Part shown: positions 39,801-47,338 of the stretch, piece after piece
How the letters are laid out: every line of letters begins with the position of its first letter
How positions within the stretch are numbered: the first letter of the stretch is position 1
Program-made: the position numbers and the translations under genes
NCBI GenBank assembly: GCA_964633995.1
Contig: CAZWKN010000005.1
Location: 920-64,919, forward strand
DNA length: 64,000 nt
Source of the DNA: an uncultured Gammaproteobacteria bacterium
GTDB taxonomy: Bacteria; Patescibacteriota; Microgenomatia; CAZETR01; Amesbacteraceae
Reading direction: 5' to 3'
Notes under the pieces: model-generated
What the model saw: only the letters and a program-made list of their open reading frames with translations
Database searches by the model: none
Told to the model about the DNA's origin: nothing

Positions 39801-40589
39801 ATGAAAAAATATCTTAAATTATTTTGGGTTGTTCAACGTTCTGGTGTTGCCAAGGAGATTTCTATGCGGGGCAATTTCTTAATAACATTATTAGGTTCGG
39901 CCTGTTTTTTCTATCTCCACGTCATTTCGTTTAATTTGCTTATTAGCAAATTTGATTTTTTAGGTTGGGAAACTGGTAACCTATGGGTTATGATGTACAC
40001 GTTTGAAATCTTTACTTACCTGGCGTTTTATTTTTTTTGGAAAGGACTTCAAAAAACACCTCAGGAAATTGGCACGGGAGCGTTTGACATCATTTTAGCC
40101 AAGCCTTTTAACACCAGGTTCGTTGCCCTTTTCAGAAATGGCTCACTTCACAATTTAATCTGTGCGTTGTTGGGCGTTTGTTATCTGGTTTATACTTTGC
40201 GTTATTACCATGTTCCAACGACATCTTTGTCAGTTGTTGTGTACGTTTTGTCCCTGGCTGTAAGTCTGTGGATTTTCCACTGCCTATCTGTTTTATTCAT
40301 TTGCCTGAACTTTAAAAATGGTTATGTTCCCGGGACGTCAACGGCGCCTTTTGAGATTCAAGAGGTTTTCAAATATCCAGCATCAGTTTTTGAACAATCG
40401 GGATTGCTTCTACGCATCTTGATTATCCCCTTCGCGCTCCTAGTTACCGTCCCCACCGCCAGTTTGATATCAAAACCCTTATCGCCTTCGCTTTTATCAA
40501 CCTATCTCCTCACCTTTGTCGTTTTGACCCTCTGGTCTGGTTGGACTTGGAAGTCTTCACTTCGTCACTACAGTAGCGCCTCCTCGTAA
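39801..40589 (+). CDS. ABC-2-type transporter permease, paralog 4
   Basis: MKKYLKLF start, motif GTGAFDIILAKPFNTRF, C-terminal ...RHYSSASS. Confidence 0.7.
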   Translation: MKKYLKLFWVVQRSGVAKEISMRGNFLITLLGSACFFYLHVISFNLLISKFDFLGWETGNLWVMMYTFEIFTYLAFYFFWKGLQKTPQEIGTGAFDIILAKPFNTRFVALFRNGSLHNLICALLGVCYLVYTLRYYHVPTTSLSVVVYVLSLAVSLWIFHCLSVLFICLNFKNGYVPGTSTAPFEIQEVFKYPASVFEQSGLLLRILIIPFALLVTVPTASLISKPLSPSLLSTYLLTFVVLTLWSGWTWKSSLRHYSSASS

Positions 40590-40608
40590 TTTGGGATAAA
40601 ATCACCAC

Positions 40609-41592
40609 ATGTCTATCATTTCTGTAAAAAATCTCAAAAAATATTACAAGGTCCACCAAAAGGAGCCTGGTCTTTCTGGTTCGTTCAAATCGTTATTTCA
40701 CAGAAAATATTACGACGTCAAAGCCGTCGACGATGTTTCTTTCCACATCGACGAAGGCGAGTTAGTCGGCTTCATAGGTCCCAACGGCGCAGGCAAGACC
40801 ACCACCCTAAAAGTTCTCTCGGGCCTTTTGTACCCCTCCTCGGGTGATGTGTCCGTTTTGGGATTCAGACCCTGGGACCGAAAACCGGCTTTTCAAAAGC
40901 AATTTAGTCTGGTCATGGGTCAAAAGAATCAACTGTGGTGGGATTTGCCGGCTATCGAGTCGTTTATTCTCAATAAAGAGATTTACGAAGTTCCCAACGC
41001 CCAGTACAAAAAAACGCTTGACGAACTTGTGGAATTATTAGAAGTCTCAGATTTTCTCAAAGTTCAGGTTCGCAAACTATCTTTAGGCCAGCGTATGAAA
41101 ATGGAACTGATAGCGGCCCTCATCCATTCTCCAAAAATATTGTTTCTGGATGAACCCACCATAGGACTTGATGTGGTCATGCAAAAAAAGATGCGCGATT
41201 TTATCAGAGACTACAATCAAAAATATAATTCCACAATCATCCTTACCTCTCATTACATGGATGATGTGAAGGAATTATGTAAACGGGTGGTGGTTATCGA
41301 TAAAGGCAAGCTTCTTTTCGACGGAGCTTTGGATGAGATAGTTAAAAAATATGCTAATCATAAACTAATCACTGTCATTTTCGACAAAGAAGTAGCCAAA
41401 ACAGATCTAAAAAAAATCGGTGAAATCAAAGAGTTCTCCTATCCCAAGGCAGTGATAATGGTCAAAAGAGACCTGGTAAACACTTCAGCCTCCAAACTCC
41501 TGCAGGATTTTCCGGTAGCAGATTTGAATATCGAGGAACCTTCCATTGAAGACATCATTCGGGAGGTCTTCACCGGCAAAGACCTTGCATGA
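40609..41592 (+). CDS. ABC transporter ATP-binding protein (single NBD with a roughly 90-aa C-terminal extension)
   Basis: Walker A GPNGAGKTT, signature LSLGQRMK, Walker B ILFLDEPTIGLD, H-loop TSHYM. Confidence 0.9.
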   Translation: MSIISVKNLKKYYKVHQKEPGLSGSFKSLFHRKYYDVKAVDDVSFHIDEGELVGFIGPNGAGKTTTLKVLSGLLYPSSGDVSVLGFRPWDRKPAFQKQFSLVMGQKNQLWWDLPAIESFILNKEIYEVPNAQYKKTLDELVELLEVSDFLKVQVRKLSLGQRMKMELIAALIHSPKILFLDEPTIGLDVVMQKKMRDFIRDYNQKYNSTIILTSHYMDDVKELCKRVVVIDKGKLLFDGALDEIVKKYANHKLITVIFDKEVAKTDLKKIGEIKEFSYPKAVIMVKRDLVNTSASKLLQDFPVADLNIEEPSIEDIIREVFTGKDLA

Positions 41593-42389
41593 AAAAATAC
41601 CTCACAATTTTCTCCCTCTCGTTTCAAAACGAATTTACCTACAGATTCAACTTTATCCTTTGGCGTTTAAGAAATGTTCTTAGGGTTTGCATGACTATTT
41701 TTTTGTGGAATGTTGTTTTCTCTGCCAGAAGTTCTGCCTTTGGTTATTCCAAGGCACAACTAATGGGTTACGTATTTTTAGTTCTTATTGTTCAGGCCTT
41801 TGTTACAGCAGCTCCGTCAAACGACAATATTGGAGGGGAAATTAGCAATGGTGACCTTTCAAATTACTTAGTCAAACCCGTAAATTACATAAGTTATTGG
41901 CTCACCCGTGATCTTGCCAGTAAACTGTTAAATATTCTTTTTGCGGTTTTGGAAATTACAGTAATACTCTTTCTTTTCAGACCCGAAATTAGCATTCCCC
42001 TGGTACTGCAATCGCTTGTTGTAGGAGTTATGGTATGGTTCATTGGAGCGGGTATATTTTTCTTTATTACCAAACTTGCGGTATTCACTGCTTTTTGGAT
42101 ACCCGAAAACACCTGGGGGTTAATGTTTACCGTAATGGTGTTCTTGGAAATGCTGTCAGGGAGCATGTTTCCCTTAGATGTTTTACCTCATTCTCTTCAA
42201 TCCGCATTACAGTTTACACCGTTTCCCTATCTAGTTTATTACCCTATAGGTATTTTAATCGGCCATATTCGAGGTCAGGCAATGTTGCAGGTTTTGCTTG
42301 GGTCGGTTGTATGGTTGGCTATCTCCTATTTTTTGTCACAAAAAGTTTGGCATGCAGGATTAAAAATTAATTCGGCTAACGGTAAGTAA
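41589..42389 (+). CDS. ABC-2-type transporter permease, paralog 5
   Basis: MKKYLTIF start, motif ISNGDLSNYLVKPVNYISY. Confidence 0.7.
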   Translation: MKKYLTIFSLSFQNEFTYRFNFILWRLRNVLRVCMTIFLWNVVFSARSSAFGYSKAQLMGYVFLVLIVQAFVTAAPSNDNIGGEISNGDLSNYLVKPVNYISYWLTRDLASKLLNILFAVLEITVILFLFRPEISIPLVLQSLVVGVMVWFIGAGIFFFITKLAVFTAFWIPENTWGLMFTVMVFLEMLSGSMFPLDVLPHSLQSALQFTPFPYLVYYPIGILIGHIRGQAMLQVLLGSVVWLAISYFLSQKVWHAGLKINSANGK

Positions 42390-42390
42390 T

Positions 42391-43170
42391 ATGAAGCATC
42401 TAAGAGTCGTCCGATTATATTTCTCAAACTCCTTTCAGGGTATGATTACCCACCCAATTGGTTTTTTGATTTTTTTCTTTAGCAAAATAACTAGATACTC
42501 GCTTTTTATCGCGTTTTTAATCTTTCTTACCAGAAGCATTTCTAATGTAGGTGGATTCACCTCCTCGCAAATATTGATCTTTTATCTAACCTTCAATTTA
42601 ATTGATACCATAGGGCAAATGCTTTTTAGGGAAGTCTATCGTTTCCGGCAATTAATTGTATCTGGGGACTTCGATATGGTTCTGGCCAAGCCCTTTCCAC
42701 CGCTACTAAGAGTATTAGTTGGCGGGCCGGATTTTATCGACATGGGCATTTTACTCATTCTTATTAGTGTCATGTGTTACTACTTTTTGTTTGTAGTTCA
42801 TCCATCGCTAAGTTTGATTCTTTTATATTTATTGCTGATAGTCAATTCGCTGGTGATTTCCACCGCTTTTCACATACTTATTTTAGCCGTTGGGATATTG
42901 ACTACGTCAATTGATCACTTGGTAATGATTTACCGGGACATCACAGCTCTCATGCGCATTCCAGTAGATTTTTTTCCCGGATCACTGCGCATGTTATTCA
43001 CTTTTGTGATTCCCATCGGAATAATGTTTACTTTTCCGGCTAAAGCCCTTATGGGTCTGCTTTCTCCTCAAAACATGTTACTTTCGCTTGTCGTCGCGTT
43101 CGTTTTTTGTTACTTATCTTTTACTCTTTGGAAGTTTGCCCTTTCTCGTTATTCATCCGCCGGTTCGTAG
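42391..43170 (+). CDS. ABC-2-type transporter permease, paralog 6
   Basis: MKHLRVVRLYF start, motif VSGDFDMVLAKPFPPLL, C-terminal ...SRYSSAGS. Confidence 0.7.
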   Translation: MKHLRVVRLYFSNSFQGMITHPIGFLIFFFSKITRYSLFIAFLIFLTRSISNVGGFTSSQILIFYLTFNLIDTIGQMLFREVYRFRQLIVSGDFDMVLAKPFPPLLRVLVGGPDFIDMGILLILISVMCYYFLFVVHPSLSLILLYLLLIVNSLVISTAFHILILAVGILTTSIDHLVMIYRDITALMRIPVDFFPGSLRMLFTFVIPIGIMFTFPAKALMGLLSPQNMLLSLVVAFVFCYLSFTLWKFALSRYSSAGS

Positions 43171-43174
43171 TATC

Positions 43175-43816
43175 ATGGTTTCAGTGCCTAAGTGGAAAAA
43201 ATTAGTTGTTGGGTTTGGTACTGCCACGGCCATTAGTATCGCCAGTTTGCCTTATTTCATTGGTGAAAAAGTAGTCGATGTTAAAGACGGCGATTCTTTT
43301 GTCTTACAAAATAGACAAATGGTCAGGTTGTTTGGTGTCGACGCCCCCGAGAAAGGGAACTGCTACTCCGAGGAGTCAAAAGCCTATTTGACCAAACTAA
43401 TTATGGGAAAAAGGATAATTTTGCGCCAACCCATAACCGACCAATTTCGTAGAGTCGTTGCCTTAGTCTATCTGCCCAATGGCAAATTGATTAATGCAGA
43501 AGTTGTAAGAAATGGCTTTGCAGTATTTACCAGGAGTGGTCAAGGCGAAACCATGGATATGAAATCAGCCAACGAGTATGCACGGGCCAACAATCTTGGA
43601 ATATTTAGCGCCAAGTGTTACGGCTTTAATCCTCCCGACCCCACGTGTGTTATCAAGGGCAATTTGGATCGGGACAAAAAACAATTAACATACATGCTCC
43701 CCGGCTGTTCATATTACGCCAAAACAGCCATTGAGCAATTCCGGGGTGAAAAGTGGTTTTGCACAGAAACGGAAGCCCAAAAATCCGGCTTTACGAAACA
43801 TTTTACTTGCAGGTAA
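43175..43816 (+). CDS. Membrane-anchored or secreted thermonuclease (SNase-like) with a Cys-rich C-terminal domain
   Basis: N-terminal TM, then SNase motifs DGDSFVL...VRLFGVDAPEKG...RRVVALVYLPNGKLINAEVVRNGFA. A C-terminal roughly 70-aa segment carries 4 Cys. Start trimmed to MVSVPK. Confidence 0.7.
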   Translation: MVSVPKWKKLVVGFGTATAISIASLPYFIGEKVVDVKDGDSFVLQNRQMVRLFGVDAPEKGNCYSEESKAYLTKLIMGKRIILRQPITDQFRRVVALVYLPNGKLINAEVVRNGFAVFTRSGQGETMDMKSANEYARANNLGIFSAKCYGFNPPDPTCVIKGNLDRDKKQLTYMLPGCSYYAKTAIEQFRGEKWFCTETEAQKSGFTKHFTCR

Positions 43817-43828
43817 TCAACTCTTTCA

Positions 43829-43869
43829 TCCCTCTCCATAATTGTGGAGAGGGGCAGGGGGTGAGGTGG
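43829..43869. repeat. Palindromic repeat element (CCCTCTCC-ATAATTGT-GGAGAGGGG plus GGGGGTGAGGTGG tail), intergenic copy upstream of miaA
   Basis: A 9-bp inverted repeat flanks an AT loop, followed by the G-rich tail. The same architecture recurs at least 12 times in the window. Confidence 0.85.
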
Positions 43870-43884
43870 TTGAGTTAAAATGAG

Positions 43885-44799
43885 ATGATGGTGTCCAAAG
43901 TTCTCATTATCAGTGGTCCTACTGCGACAGGAAAAACTAAATTTGGGTTAGAAATAGCCAAACAGTTCGACGGTGAAATTGTCTCCGCCGACTCTCGCCA
44001 GGTCTACATAGGTAAAAACATAATTCATGGCAAAGATCTCCCCGTCACTGTCAATTGTCAATCGTCAATTGTCAATTGGAGAGGGAGACGTTTAAAATAT
44101 TATGTAGTCGATGGTGTCAGGGTGTGGTTGTATGACGTAGTCAATCCCGGTGAAGACTTCAGTGTGGCTTTTTGGAAAGAATGCGCCGATTTGGTAATAG
44201 CAGATATTGTTTCGCGCAACAAATTGCCAATTATTGTCGGCGGTTCAGGTCTTTACATCAAATCACTTACCCAAAACCTGTCCCAGGTTTCAGTACCCCG
44301 CAACGAGAAACTAAGAGATCAGCTCCTAAATAAATCTGTCAAATACCTGTTTAATTATTTAAATCGTATCGATTCTTTCCGTGCCGCAGCCCTAAATCAT
44401 TCTGATAAAAACAACCCCCGTCGCCTTGTCAGGGCAATTGAATTATCGTTGTCAAAAGAAAAGTTACACCCCTCTCCTGAATTAAAGAGAGGCCTGTCTG
44501 CCGGCATGGCAGGGGTAGGGGGTGAGGTTTTGCAAATTGGTCTCATTGCCCCCCGCGATTATCTTTATCAGCTCGTAAATCACAGGGTCTCAGATCGCAT
44601 TGCAGCCGGCGCTGCCGCCGAGGACGCAAACTTAGCGAATTCACCAGTTCTTTGGCAAAATCAGGAACATGCCATTATTCGCCACCAACTCACCTGGTTC
44701 AAAAAACAACCCAACGTGACTTTTTTTGACGTTTCAGCTCCAAATTGGCAGGCAAACGCAACGACTTTTATCAAAAATTGGTATAATAACTCTACATGA
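43885..44799 (+). CDS. miaA: tRNA dimethylallyltransferase MiaA (carries in-frame repeat-derived insertions)
   Basis: P-loop ISGPTATGKT and SADSRQVY motifs. The ORF includes the heptamer tract at 44050-44078 and the palindromic element at 44468-44529. Confidence 0.85.
   Translation: MMVSKVLIISGPTATGKTKFGLEIAKQFDGEIVSADSRQVYIGKNIIHGKDLPVTVNCQSSIVNWRGRRLKYYVVDGVRVWLYDVVNPGEDFSVAFWKECADLVIADIVSRNKLPIIVGGSGLYIKSLTQNLSQVSVPRNEKLRDQLLNKSVKYLFNYLNRIDSFRAAALNHSDKNNPRRLVRAIELSLSKEKLHPSPELKRGLSAGMAGVGGEVLQIGLIAPRDYLYQLVNHRVSDRIAAGAAAEDANLANSPVLWQNQEHAIIRHQLTWFKKQPNVTFFDVSAPNWQANATTFIKNWYNNST
44050..44078. repeat. Tandem heptamer tract (TCAATTG x4, one variant) inside miaA
   Basis: tcaattg tcaatcg tcaattg tcaattg encodes ...VNCQSSIVN... 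in a region absent from typical MiaA. A similar tract lies in recJ at 56334-56378. Confidence 0.6.
44468..44529. repeat. Palindromic repeat element copy in frame within miaA (encodes ...HPSPELKRGLSAGMAGVGGEV...)
   Basis: CACCCCTCTCC-TGAATTAA-AGAGAGG plus a CTGCCGGCATGGCAGG palindrome module and a GGGGTAGGGGGTGAGG tail. The reading frame avoids the TGA and TAA in the loop. Confidence 0.85.
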
Positions 44800-45782
44800 A
44801 TTCAAAGATAGAAGTTTCCTACAAAACGGTTATTTTTTCGTTAGTTTTAATCCTATTGGCATGGGTAGTGTGGCACATTTCAGACATCATTCTCATGCTA
44901 TTTATTTCGGTCATCCTCATGTCAGCCCTAAGTCCGGCTGTCGACAAACTGGAAAAGCTAAAATGTCCCCGTTGGTTAGCCATCTTGCTGATTTATTCAC
45001 TTCTGTGGTCATTGGTGGGTGTAGTCATAGCAGGTCTTGTTCCATCCCTGGTGGACCAGACCGCAAAACTTATTGGTTTGCTTCCGGAAGCCATCGGCAA
45101 AATTGAGTTCCTAAATGACCATCAACTGGAAATTAGTCAGGAAATCCTCACCCAGATAGGCGGCTTACCTGGAAACATTCTTAAGTTTACGGTTTCACTC
45201 TTTAGCAATTTGATCAACGTCCTGACCACTATAGTGTTCAGTATTTATCTGTTGTTGGAACGCAAAAATCTAAACTTCCATATGGAAAACTACTTTACAG
45301 AACAGACTTCAACCCGTGTTATTAATTTAATCAAAGCCATTGAGCGCAGATTAGGCAGTTGGGTTAGGGGAGAATTGGTACTTATGCTCGCCGTTGGTGT
45401 CCTAAGTTATATAGGGCTACTGATTTTGGGAGTAGAAATAGCATTGCCTTTGGCTATCATCGCCGGTATTTTAGAGATCATCCCCAACATTGGCCCCATC
45501 CTTTCAGCCGTTCCAGCGGTTATCGTCGCTTTTTCAATTCACCCCATGCTAGCATTGGCCACGATCGCCTTATATTTCTTGGTTCAATTTTTAGAAAATC
45601 ATTTCTTAGTCCCCAAAATTATGGAAAAAGCAGTTGGAGTCAATCCGCTTGTAAGTATCGTTGCCCTCATGGTTGGTTTTAGATTTGCGGGTCCTCTTGG
45701 GGCAGTACTGGCAATTCCTATCATCATTGTTGCGCACTCAATTTTTTCTGAGTTCTCCCCAAAACGCTCCTTGGGGTTATAA
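44796..45782 (+). CDS. AI-2E family transporter (PerM/YhhT-like, UPF0118)
   Basis: 328 aa, about 8 TM helices, typical AI-2E N-terminal region and conserved ...LEIIPNIGP... segment. Confidence 0.75.
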   Translation: MNSKIEVSYKTVIFSLVLILLAWVVWHISDIILMLFISVILMSALSPAVDKLEKLKCPRWLAILLIYSLLWSLVGVVIAGLVPSLVDQTAKLIGLLPEAIGKIEFLNDHQLEISQEILTQIGGLPGNILKFTVSLFSNLINVLTTIVFSIYLLLERKNLNFHMENYFTEQTSTRVINLIKAIERRLGSWVRGELVLMLAVGVLSYIGLLILGVEIALPLAIIAGILEIIPNIGPILSAVPAVIVAFSIHPMLALATIALYFLVQFLENHFLVPKIMEKAVGVNPLVSIVALMVGFRFAGPLGAVLAIPIIIVAHSIFSEFSPKRSLGL

Positions 45783-45793
45783 GTTATAATTAC

Positions 45794-46096
45794 TCCACCT
45801 GGAGACCGTGCGTCTATGCCTCCACAGTCCGGCTTGCCGGATGAAGGGGTAAGGAAAGTCCGGACAGCAGAAGGCAGGGTACCCCGCCGATGAGGCGGGG
45901 ACGCGCAAGCGCTAGATAGTGCCACAGAGACAACGACTCATCCCGCCAATGGCGGGAAAGAGGGTGAAAAGAGGAAAACCTTACCCGCTGCAACCTCCGA
46001 AATGGGTGGGTAGCCTTCCCCAATACCCAAAAGCTTGAGGGCGCAAGATAGATTGACGCATTAAAACAGAATCCGGCTTACCAGTTTCCAGGTGTA
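45794..46096 (+). ncRNA. rnpB: RNase P RNA (bacterial type A), compact roughly 300 nt
   Basis: Conserved P4 strands GGAAAGTCCGGAC (5') and ACAGAATCCGGCTTA (3'). P1 pairing CACCTGGA/TCCAGGTG at the ends. Also ...GCCACAGAGACAA...CCCGCCAATGGCGGG...AGGGTGAAAAGAGG... and GCTTGAGGGCGCAAGATAGATTGAC. Confidence 0.9.
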
Positions 46097-46106
46097 TAAT
46101 ATCTAC

Positions 46107-46268
46107 ATGGATTTCACTGTGCTTTTAACTAACCGCACAGCCCTTCAGGGAGCAATCTCTGTAGTTTTTGGTTTTTTGGTTCTCATGTTTCCCAAATTGC
46201 TTAACTACTTAATTGCTTTTTACTTCATTATCTCTGGCCTATCCCTTCTCCTGCCCCACCTACGCTAA
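46107..46268 (+). CDS. Small membrane protein (53 aa), hypothetical; below the ORF-track size cutoff
   Basis: MDFTVLLTNRTALQGAISVVFGFLVLMFPKLLNYLIAFYFIISGLSLLLPHLR has two hydrophobic helices. Its stop abuts the next gene's ATG. Confidence 0.4.
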   Translation: MDFTVLLTNRTALQGAISVVFGFLVLMFPKLLNYLIAFYFIISGLSLLLPHLR

Positions 46269-46832
46269 ATGCCGTTCTTGCTGGATCCCAAAGGCATTAA
46301 CTTTCGTGATCGCCCCATTCTGTTCATCGACCTAGAAACCACCGGCCTGGATCGACATCATCACGAGATTGTAGAAATTGCCGCCTTACTGGTTTCCCAG
46401 CCAGATTTTACCGTTACCAACTCTTTTTATACTAAAGTTATTCCGACCCATATCGAAACTGCCGATCCAAAAGCTCTCAAAGTGATCAATTATTCACCAG
46501 ATGATTGGCAGGAGGCTATCCCCCTAAACCAGGCTATGGAAGAATTGTCCAACTTTGCTCCTGGTTGCATCTTGGCTGGCTGGTCAGTCCAAACCGAGTG
46601 GGATTTTTTATGCCAATCGTTAGAAGCATGCAAACTCCCGTATTTTTTTACCCACCGGCTATTAGAGGTCTATACTCTGGCTTTTGCCAAATTTTACAAC
46701 GATCAATCCATTTCGTTTCTCAATCTGCCAAATGTTTGCAAAGCTCTAAATATTCGGCTAGATCAGCACAAACCAGATTCGGATATCCGTGCCACCTACG
46801 AGATCTTCAAACGCCTTTTCCCGTCCCCATAA
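46269..46832 (+). CDS. DEDD-family 3'-5' exonuclease (DnaQ/oligoribonuclease-like)
   Basis: Exo I motif ILFIDLETTGLD, Exo II and III regions with H/Y and D. 187 aa. Confidence 0.75.
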   Translation: MPFLLDPKGINFRDRPILFIDLETTGLDRHHHEIVEIAALLVSQPDFTVTNSFYTKVIPTHIETADPKALKVINYSPDDWQEAIPLNQAMEELSNFAPGCILAGWSVQTEWDFLCQSLEACKLPYFFTHRLLEVYTLAFAKFYNDQSISFLNLPNVCKALNIRLDQHKPDSDIRATYEIFKRLFPSP

Positions 46833-47262
46833 TTTCTCTAATTTTTTCAACCACTTTCTCTGTATCACTATCCACCTCCGCATTCCATACTTCCAGCAAG
46901 TTAATTCCAAAAGATTCTAAATATCTTCTTCGATAACAATCATATTTTTTATTGCTCTCGATTTTATGTACACTTCCAAGCAATTCAACCCCAAATCTTT
47001 TTTCCGGGCAATAAAAATCTATCACATATCCATTCACGCTATATTGTCTTCTAAATTTCACACCCAATTTGCCATTTCTCAGACTTTCCCACAACAACTT
47101 CTCTGCCTTTGTTGATTTCTGTCGCAAATCCCTTCTCCGCGCCTTCAATTCTGTACGGTAATACACCCTTTTTCTGTCGTCCACATTTCTAATTTTACTC
47201 TCCCAAAACCCCCCCTCTCCATAATTATGGAGAGGGGGTTGGGGGGTGAGGTGGAAGACCAT
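46807..47262 (-). CDS. DUF559 (Vsr-like endonuclease-fold) domain protein, copy 1; N-terminus runs into the palindromic repeat
   Basis: ...LWESLRNGKLGVKFRRQYSVNGYVIDFYCPEKRFGVELLGSVH... matches the DUF559 core. The first roughly 20 codons (..PPLHNYGEGG..) are encoded by the repeat element at 47210-47240. Confidence 0.7.
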   Translation of the reverse strand: MVFHLTPQPPLHNYGEGGFWESKIRNVDDRKRVYYRTELKARRRDLRQKSTKAEKLLWESLRNGKLGVKFRRQYSVNGYVIDFYCPEKRFGVELLGSVHKIESNKKYDCYRRRYLESFGINLLEVWNAEVDSDTEKVVEKIREIMGTGKGV

Positions 47263-47338
47263 GCGTCACAGTTGGGGTTGGGGGGTGAGGTGGAAGACCA
47301 TATGTCACAGTTGGGTGATGGGGGTGGGGTTGAAAAGG
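47210..47338. repeat. Palindromic repeat element cluster with an internal tandem duplication (about 39-nt unit x2)
   Basis: CCCCCCTCTCC-ATAATTAT-GGAGAGGGGG, then GGTTGGGGGGTGAGGTGGAAGACCAT(G/A)(C/T)GTCACAGTTGG twice. The listed minus ORF 47225..47437 (PPHPPTP repeats) is derived from this repeat. Confidence 0.85.

Noticed and set aside
43088-43174. Longer nuclease start at 43088
   Set aside because: It lies inside permease paralog 6 in another frame. The nuclease signal-anchor begins at MVSVPK (43175), right after the permease stop.
45599-46023. Minus-strand ORFs 45599..45925 and 45814..46023
   Set aside because: Both lie over the RNase P RNA gene, which has all conserved motifs on the + strand. 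They have no RBS and skewed composition, so they are artefacts of the structured RNA.
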